Assembly: GCA_032718475.1 (NCBI GenBank)
Contig: JAUCBJ010006481.1
Coordinates: 1-44,393, forward strand
Reading direction: 5' to 3'
Length of the DNA stretch: 44,393 bases
Source: Nemertoderma westbladi
Taxonomy: Eukaryota > Animalia > Xenacoelomorpha
Positions 36,497-44,393 of the stretch are shown piece after piece (positions within the stretch are counted from its first letter, which is position 1; every line of letters begins with the position of its first letter). The position numbers and the translations under genes were made by a program. A model generated the notes under the pieces. It saw nothing but the letters and a program-made list of their open reading frames with translations, did no database searches and was not told the DNA's origin.

Positions 36497-36556
36497 GTGA
36501 CAGAACTAGATCCGCCCAGCTGCCCTGATAGTGATAGACTGACACCAAAGACAAAG

Positions 36557-39500
36557 ATGAGCCGAATAGGAGAGAGAGAAACTACACCGCCGCGGACCCC
36601 GGACGACGATCTAACGATCCGCGAGGCCACGGCGAGACGATACGAACCCACGACGCCGGTCGATGCTACGCCGACCACGTCGACGCAGGTTGACGCCACG
36701 TCGATAACGAGCAACACGGCGAACCAAGATGTGGGGGGTCGTCTACAACCGGAGAGCGAGTCGAGGGAAGGAGACGAGAAGGGAGGAGAAGAGAAAGACG
36801 AGTCGACGCGGAGCGAGGGTCGACATACCGATGTCACCGGCCAGCCACAGGCCGAGGACGACGAACGGTCCACCGGAACGGCGACGGTGGGGCCGTCGGT
36901 ACGACGTCGGACCCGGAGAGACAGAGGAGAGGTCGGCGACGAGGACGTCGGGGTTTCTGATCGACTTCGACGGGCCTACAACGCGACCCGGGAACTACTA
37001 AAGGAGGCCAAGGAGGGGGCGAGGATAGACGAGGTCAGGATGACAAAGGGACTAGGTGAGTCGGACAGATACTTTGATCACCTAGTGTGTTCTGGGCAGA
37101 GAGAACTAGCAGAGTTGAGGGCGTGGGGAGTTGCCTTCGAACTGTTTAAACTATGGGAATGTGGGGGTATGGAACCTAGTGTAGTGTACATAGGGCCATA
37201 CTTAGTCGATGCCAGGGAAGTTATGTTAGTGGGTTGGGCGGGACCGCACGAGGGCGAATCCGAGGTTAGCTCCGAGGATTCGGTCTCGTCGGTCAGCGAG
37301 AACCCCGGAAAGCGGGGGAAAGTTAGTAGGACGGAGGGGCGACGGGAGTCCGTCGCAACCGGTAAGTCTGCTACATCCTCCGCAAAAGAAAGAAGGGTGC
37401 GGGAGATAAATCTGGCGTATGGAATAGAAGTGGCGGCGGCAGAGCAGAAAGAGTTAGAGAGGCGACTGAGTGAGGAAACCGCGTGGTTGGAGAGAGAAAG
37501 AGAGTGGGCAAAGGAAGAGAGAGAGAGAGTCGAGGAGTGTAGAGAGCGGGAGATGGGAGTAGAGAGCGAGTCGGCAAAGCGGTCTGAGATGCTTGCGAGA
37601 GAGAGGGCCGAGCGAAGTTTACGAAAGTGCATAAAGAAAGAGATAGAGATAGAGCGTGAGCGGGATGATTTGTGTGCCCAGATAGGGAGGCTTGCGCAAT
37701 ATCAAGCCAAACTTAAACGGCGCCGACTAGAACTGGCGCGGTTGGAAATGTCAGAGAGTGAGACCCCACTTATAAGCACCGAGCGAGAAAACCAGAACTG
37801 GTGTAGCCGTACGGGCGGGGGGGGTAATAGTAGTACGTTAGGAAATGTTAATATTAATAGTACCGTAGTAAATGACCCTAATCCCTTTATTACAGGAAAT
37901 AATATTTTACCCGGTAGTAGTAATTTAAGTTTAAATTTAAATAATTCTAATTTAAATAATTTAAATCTCGTTTCAAATTCTAATAATTTAATTGATTTAA
38001 CAAATAATATTGGGAATGGTGCTATTAATATGAGCGTGTCGGACGTGCATAGCCCGGCAGACGGTGGCCTGGTAGGCCACGTAGTTAGTAGGCAGGAGGT
38101 GGCAGGGCTGAGCCAACCCGACGGCGGCCTGGTAGGCCACGTAGTTAGTAGGCAGGAGGTAGCGGGGTTGAGCCAACCCGAAGTGGGCCTGATGGGCCAC
38201 GCAGTAGTAGAGAGAGAGGCGGGGGTGAATAGACCCAGCCGTAGTAGAGACAGTGCGTCGACTAGAGAGGGGTGTAGAGACGAAGTGAGAGATAGTGAAG
38301 TAAGATGTGGCGAGTGGGGGGGGGGCTACGAGCGCCCCACCACATAAGATTAGTGGCGAGAGAGGGGGGGGCAGAGAATGCCCCACAAGAGGGGTATAGA
38401 AGTGTAGTAAGAAATAGTGAAGTTAGAAGTGGCGGGTGGGGGGGGGCTACGGACACCCCACCGCGAGAGATTAGTAGAGAGAGAGGGGGGGCAGAGAGTG
38501 TCCCACAGCCGTCAGCGGATAATGCGAGGGCCGAAATAGGTAAACCGCAACAACCGGCGACGGAGAGTAATAGGGGGATTGCGAGTATCCCCAGCGGCGT
38601 GCGATCGAGCAGAGAGAGGCAGGTTGACGTCGCGAGAGGGCAGGCGAAGCGTCGAGCCCGACCAGAAGAGGGAAGAAGAACAGTGGAGTTTAACCGGGAG
38701 GTCGACGAGAGATCTCACGAGCCGGAATACTACACAGAAAAGAGAAGAAGAGAAGATAGTAGAAGAAGTGTCGCCACGAACGATAGCAGTGCGAGGACGG
38801 ATAACGGACCGTCGATAGTAGAGATGGAGTCAGGGAGCCAGTGGGGTCGAACTTCGGGAGATTGCCGTCGCCCCGGAGAAACGCACCGCACGCCAGGAGG
38901 GGTACAGGAGTACCAGTACGAAGAAGAGAACAGGAGAGGGGATCGAGGGGAAACTTCCCGACGGGATATAGCTGCCGATCGAGAGTACGGTAGTCGCGGG
39001 GAGATTCGAGATTCGCGAAGAATAAACTTCGGTTCGGAAGGGCACATGCAGACTGCAGGACATACTGTAGGCCTTACTGCACATACTATTATAGGCCATG
39101 CTGGGAGAGATAGAGTAGGCGATAGGGTAGCGCGAACGACGGGATTAAACCCGGAAGTCGCGGAGTACATACCGGTAGGTAGGCGAGAGGTAGGTAGGCC
39201 TATATCGGTACAGCAGCATGACTATAATACACAGGGACATAACATATATCCAGGGGAGGGGGGAGTTATTGGAGATAGACGTATGGGCCCCAATGTATTA
39301 ACATCAACCCCAGTACCAAACATACCGGCTGGGGGGGGACAGGGTGACATTCCCCCATCACAATATCGACAATATACCCCGATAGGAGCAAGAATATCGA
39401 ACTCCCTGGACGAGAGCAGGTCGTGCGGACAGTCACCACCACACGCGGCCATACAGGGGACTACCAGTCCACAGTTAGGTGGTAGCAGGGCCACACCGTG

Positions 39501-40191
39501 GCAGGGACAGAAAGAAAATAACACCAAAAATAAACACAATCCCAATATACCCAGTAGGCCGAGTCTAGACAACCAAAACAGTAAATCGGTACATATAAAC
39601 CTAAGCGCGATACGTGAAGGACTATACAGGAAACGTTATAATCCAGGATTCCAATGTCAATTACATCGGGACGGAACCCATAAGACCAGGAGTTGTAAGT
39701 ACTGGCAAGCGTTGCCCAAACGAGATCGTGTAGCCTACACAGACGCAAACGGACTATGTCACCGATGTGTGGTAAAAGGACACAGATCCGGAGAGTGTTG
39801 GAAAGGGAGAGGATGTGAAAGGACTAAACCAGGGGTAGAGAAGTCCATGAGCAAAGGAGTCGGGAAAGTAGAAGGAGGCGTGTTGCATACACACGCAGGG
39901 CTGACACAGTGCGGGGGGGCATTACATGGGCAGACACCGCGTATACCGAGGGACAAGCGGGGGTCGTCGAGGGCTCTAATGCCAGCGCACATACGAAGGG
40001 GGAGGCCAGCAAAGGTGGCACCGAAGAGAGTGTGGCGAAGAGTTAGAGGACGTATAGGAGGGCAGCAGGAGAGTGCCTACCGGAAGAAGGGGCACGTGAG
40101 AGTTTTTAGTCGTCCAAAGTTTTGGACTGAGGGGGGTGGGAATGAGGGCGAGACGCCCTTCCCACGCACAAAATATAAAATAATTATTTAA
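36557..40191 (+). CDS. Gag-like protein (~1,210 aa if two G-run indels are corrected)
   Basis: ATG 61 nt after the LTR; E/R coiled-coil, Asn-rich and disordered tracts. Bel/Pao nucleocapsid CQLH..H....CKYW..L....R......GLCHRCVVKGHRSGEC. Frame break at 38316-38371. Confidence 0.8.
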
Positions 40192-40209
40192 TTAAATAAA
40201 ATAATTAAA

Positions 40210-42030
40210 TAATAAAGTAGGTAGAAGTTAGGTAGTTAGGAGTTATTTAGGAGGTACGTAGTACCTAGAGTCAGAGTTAGTTAGTTAGTCAGTTAGCACT
40301 GATAGTTAGTGTTAGAGTAAGAGTTAGAGAGTCTCTCTACCGTTAGAGAGTAGGAGTTAAGGGGTACGTAGTACCGTTAGAGAGTTAGTAAGAGTTAGTA
40401 GGTACGTAGTACCGTTAGAGAGTTAGTAAGAGTTAGTAGGTACGTAGTACCGATAGTTAGAGAGTTAGTAGGTACGTAGTACCTAGTTAGAGAGTTAGTA
40501 GGTACGTAGTACCTAGTTAGAGTTAGAGAGTTAGTAGGTACGTAGTACCTAGAGTTAGTTAGAGTTAGTAGGTACGTAGTACCTAGAGTTAGTTAGAGTT
40601 AGTAGGAGGGTACGTGTAGTACCGTTAGTAGAAGAGTTAGTAGGAGGGTACGTGTAGTACCGTTAGTAGAAGAGAGTTAGAGGGTACGTAAGTACCGCTA
40701 GTTAGTTAGAGATAGAGGGTACGTAAGTACCGCTAGTTAGTTAGAGTTAGAGGGTACGTAAGTACCGATTAGAGAGTAAGAGTAAGAGGGTACGTAGTAC
40801 CGCTAGCTAGTAGAGAGAGCTAGAGTAGTAAGAGGGTACGTTGTACCGCTAGCTAGTAGAGAGAGTTAGGAGTAGTAAGAGGGTACGTAGTACCGCTAGT
40901 TAGGGGTGTTAGTAGTAGCAGTAGAGGGTTGTGGGCACCGGAAGCGCCACGTAGTTAGTAGAGTTAGTAGGGAATGCGCTGAACTTAGTGGGGCACGGGC
41001 GTGATGATGTGTGTGATGTAAGAGCAGGGTATGTTAATTAGAGTTAGTGGGAGTTAGAGGTTAGTAAGAGGGTACGTAGTAGTACCGGTTGTGGTTGTGG
41101 GCACCGTTAGCGCCACGTAGATAGAGGTAGAGTTAGTAAGAGGGTACGTAGTACCGGTTGTGGTTGTGGGCACCGTTAGCGCCACGTAGAGAGTTAGTAG
41201 AGTTAGAAGGTGCCGTGCACAAGAGGTGCCGGGCACAAAAAGAGTTAGTAGAGTTAGAAGAGAGTTAGTAGAGTTAGTAGAGTCAGTAGTAGTTCACATA
41301 ATTAACGTACCCACTCTGCCGGCACTCAGAGCGTCACGTGTAGGCGATGAGACGTAAAGGGGGAGTAGAGGAGTGGTAGACACGGGCACATAGGGTGCCA
41401 GGTAGTAGAGTTAGAGAGTTAGAGATAGAGTAGAATAGTAGAGACGGGCACATAGGGTGCCAGGGAGTAGAGTCAGAGAGTTAGAGATAGAGTAGAGTGT
41501 TAGAGGTAGCAGAGAGGGCACATAGGGTGCCAGAGAGTAGAATAGTAGAGACGGGCACATAGGGTGCCAGGTAGTAGAGTTAGAGTGTTAGAGTAGTAGA
41601 GAGGGCACATAGGGTGCCAGGTAGTAGAGTAGAGTAGAGACGGGCACATAGGGTGCCAGGTAGTAAGTTAGAGAGGTAGTTGAGTAGTAGAAGGGCACAT
41701 AGGGTGCCAGATAGTAGAGTGGTTGTGGGCACCGCAAGCGCCACGTAGTTAGAAGAGTGGAGTAGAGTTAGTAGAGCTAGTTTAGAGTTAGCAGAGCTAG
41801 TGGAGTAGAGTTAGCAGAGCTAGTGGAGTAGAGTTAGTAGAGCTAGTTAGCAGAGTTGGTAGACTCAGAGGAGTCAAGTAGAGTTAGTAGAAGTAGAAAG
41901 TTAGTAGGGGTTAGTTAGACTTAGTAGAGAGTTAGAGTCAGTAGAAAGTTAGAGGCTCTCAGTTAGAGCTAGAAGTAGTAAGAGTTAGTAGTTAGCAGAG
42001 TTAGTTAGATAGTTAGAGTTAGTAAGCAGT
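40210..42030 (+). repeat. Hairpin array on C-poor AGAGTTAGT spacers
   Basis: About 18x GGTAC-loop-GTACC, about 7x GGCAC ATAGG GTGCC and 4x GTGGGCACCGNNAGCGCCACGTAG. Confidence 0.9.
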
Positions 42031-42443
42031 AGGTAGATAGTATGATAGCACAGGGGTAGCATTAGAGATTAAAGCCTTAGGGAGTGACAAGAGAGTGGAG
42101 AGGTAATAGTGCGGAGTGCGAAGAGAGCGTGGGCGCAATTCAAGTGTGGGGGAGGAGAAGTGAGAGGAAGAGTGTGGGACGAGGAGGTCCGGGAGTACGC
42201 GAGAGTTGGAGTAGAGTGGTGAGAGTGTTGGGGAAACAAAAATTGTGTGAGAGAAGCGCACGATCGGCCCGACACGAGACGCCAGAGGGTAGTGACATCA
42301 TACCCATAGGGAGCGGCCTGGAAAGCCGACTCCGAGAAAAAATATACCCACCCCACACCCGATGCTAGATCGGGATCCAGCGGAATTGTAGCGCACTTGA
42401 GTTGGATGCTATCTTCTTACCGGGAAGATAGCATGGGGGGGAG

Positions 42444-42972
42444 TGTTAGCTTATCCAATTCCGCTAACACAAACCCATAGAGTGAGCCATAAAGCAATAT
42501 TGGGAGCCTATTGTCAGCCCAGTAAACGGGGACAATAGGCCCCAAAGGAGACACACACAATAAGGGTCAGGGGTTACTCCCCTGACAAGAGAGAGAACAG
42601 CAAGGGCGAAGGGAAGCACTTCAGAAGGGGGGCAAAGGGTGCCAACAGGGGTATCAACCAATCAGAGGGGGGAAAGGCATCGATTGAGTAGCAATAAGGC
42701 CACCGTGCAATATAACCAGTTACCAGTAATCATACCGGTCAGTTATTCAGTTTACTCAGTCAGATCAGTAGGGTGGAACGGGGACTTCTGTCACCGTCCG
42801 CTACCGCCATTATATATTACCTATTGTGTCATACTATATTATATCAACTGTCAGACTATTATACCTTTATACATATTACCCAACATCAGAACTCTTTTAC
42901 CTTTCACACACGGCGGGGACGCGTGGGCAGAAAACCCAAACGGATAAACCGGGATCCGTAGATCCCGTCACA
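42444..42972 (+). repeat. 3' LTR of element B
   Basis: Follows the PPT GGGGGGGAG; ends GATCCCGTCACA followed by the TSD AATAA. Confidence 0.97.
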
Positions 42973-43032
42973 AATAAGTAAATGTCTGACTAATTATTTA
43001 TGTAAGGGCTCAAGTCTGGCGATTGTGTTTAC

Positions 43033-43074
43033 CTTTAGGGGAAACGTATTGCAATCTGAATCTGGAAACTGTAT
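43033..43074 (-). CDS. 42-bp micro-exon of the host gene
   Basis: taaacAG / GTAAAC boundaries, phase 1-1, DTVSRFRLQYVSPK; joins in frame to the ShKT exon. Confidence 0.6.
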
Positions 43075-43274
43075 CTGTTTATATTATTATCGCTACGGTA
43101 TTCAATTTATGACAACGCTCAATCATGGTGTTATTAATATTTAGAGCTTCGCTTGCATTAGATGTCTGAAATATCGCCATAGATTAATTATTTATTGAGT
43201 TAGAGGCAAAGCAATACACTTAAATCTGACACAATTGTCCAGGTTATCAATAATGCTTAGCTATAGAGATCTAC

Positions 43275-43305
43275 CTGGGTTTGGTGTGTGTGAAATGTCC
43301 TTGAT
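43275..43305 (-). CDS. Candidate 31-bp micro-exon
   Basis: Long polypyrimidine tract then AG / GTAGAT; phase 0->1, IKDISHTPNP. Confidence 0.4.
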
Positions 43306-43507
43306 CTCGGGATATCCAAAAGCAAAGCAAAAATTCAATTGTAGACAACAGAAACAGGAACAGAAACACAAGTAATAATCACCAGTCAATTAAAGTTGAC
43401 CGGGGCTTTTACCCTTTACATGGATAAATATGACATATGACTAAACGATTAATAGCAATGGTAAAAGTAGAAGTGAATACGAGCCATTGGATCAATAGTA
43501 TTTATAC

Positions 43508-43533
43508 CGCCAAAGGAAGTGCAGTAACGCCAC
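43508..43533 (-). CDS. Candidate 26-bp micro-exon
   Basis: ttttctgatgtctAG / GTATAA; phase 1->0, GVTALPLA. 26+31 nt restores the frame. Confidence 0.4.
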
Positions 43534-43812
43534 CTAGACATCAGAAAATAAGGCATTCAAACTAAACTGTTCGCGCTTTCAGACCTTTGGCAGTTTAACC
43601 CGCCAAATTAAGATGTCTTCTAGATATTAAATCGCTTTTTAGCCTATGACAAGTATTTGATTCACTACACTAGTCGAAACCAATCCGTGCGCGACCATTC
43701 ACCCGCTGGATATTCCCGGGAGATTGGGTTCGACGGTTTAATTTTATTGCTATGTAAGCCTAATGTATTATTCGACTGACAGTATTATATAATCTCTGAC
43801 AATATTATTTAC

Positions 43813-43854
43813 CTTCGGGAATATTAACAGTTCCTTTAGGACGTGGCGCTTTAT
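43813..43854 (-). CDS. 42-bp micro-exon of the host gene
   Basis: ctgtttatatAG / GTAAAT boundaries, phase 1-1, (D/N)KAPRPKGTVNIPE. Confidence 0.6.
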
Positions 43855-44393
43855 CTATATAAACAGAGTTATGACTTAAACTACTCACAACGATATGGCT
43901 TAATTATAATTCACATATATGGCGCATTCTTTAGGAATTGCTTCTTTAACAGACTCACTCATACGCAATGCTGCACAATACTGCACACTAATCTGCCAAT
44001 CTTCACTGATTTTAATCACATATAAAAGGAACACAGACTGACTCATGTAGGGTCTATCAAATAACATTAGATTCACTTCAAACCACTTTAACATAAGTCA
44101 CAATCGTTATTGGTAACCTTTCTCTCTTACCTTCGGTATATCAAGAATATTGGGTGTCGGGGTTATTTCTCGTTATTCCAATATAATAATTCATCAACAA
44201 ATATAATGAATAACCGATAACAAATAGCAGTACAGTATTGACAGATCAATCGGGCCAGTTGTTTTGAGTTAAGACAATCAATCAGTCATCAGGTGCGTTT
44301 GGTCAGCCGCCAGGTCAGTTTTGTTTGATCATCAGTCAGTTAAAGGATATATGTCCTTATAATTAAACCTCCTAGTGTTGAGCTAAAAAGCAG

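Larger units (their letters stand above)
35968..42972 (+). mobile_element. Complete non-autonomous Bel/Pao-derived LTR retrotransposon (element B, 7,005 bp)
   Basis: Two 529-bp TG...CA LTRs, TSD AATAA (35963-67 and 42973-77), PPT 42435-42443, a Gag-like ORF and no pol motifs. Confidence 0.95.

Noticed and set aside
35988-36556. Short ORFs in the LTRs and the listed 36350 start of the 665-aa ORF
   Set aside because: They lie in LTR sequence (duplicated at 42464-42961); the plausible Gag start is ATG 36557.
36421-40021. Antisense ORFs over gag, protease and LINE ORFs
   Set aside because: Shadow frames of GC-rich coding sequence without independent motifs.

Overview
AT-rich genomic DNA from an invertebrate animal (taxon not determinable here). 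0.6-5.5 kb holds three intronless membrane-protein genes: two divergent rhodopsin-class 7TM receptors and a tetraspanin. The rest is a nest of retroelements around a minus-strand spliced host gene largely missed by the ORF track. That gene (~43.9 kb down to 23.5 kb) has a chain of 26-42 bp micro-exons, one ShK-toxin exon and three paralogous Caspr/neurexin-IV-type fibrinogen-like exons. The mobile DNA comprises RTE fragments of two families, a near-full-length RTEX-like LINE, and three members of one unusual Bel/Pao-derived LTR family. One member is a very recent 7,005-bp copy with apparently identical 529-bp LTRs, a 5-bp TSD, a single Gag-like ORF, no pol, no tRNA PBS and a ~1.8-kb array of short RNA hairpins on C-free spacers. 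A second is an older rearranged copy with a fold-back inversion and an extra triple-zinc-knuckle ORF. The third is a solo LTR interrupted by a MULE-like element. A type I hammerhead ribozyme motif lies at ~34.46-34.54 kb. All alignments, counts and folds were done by eye.
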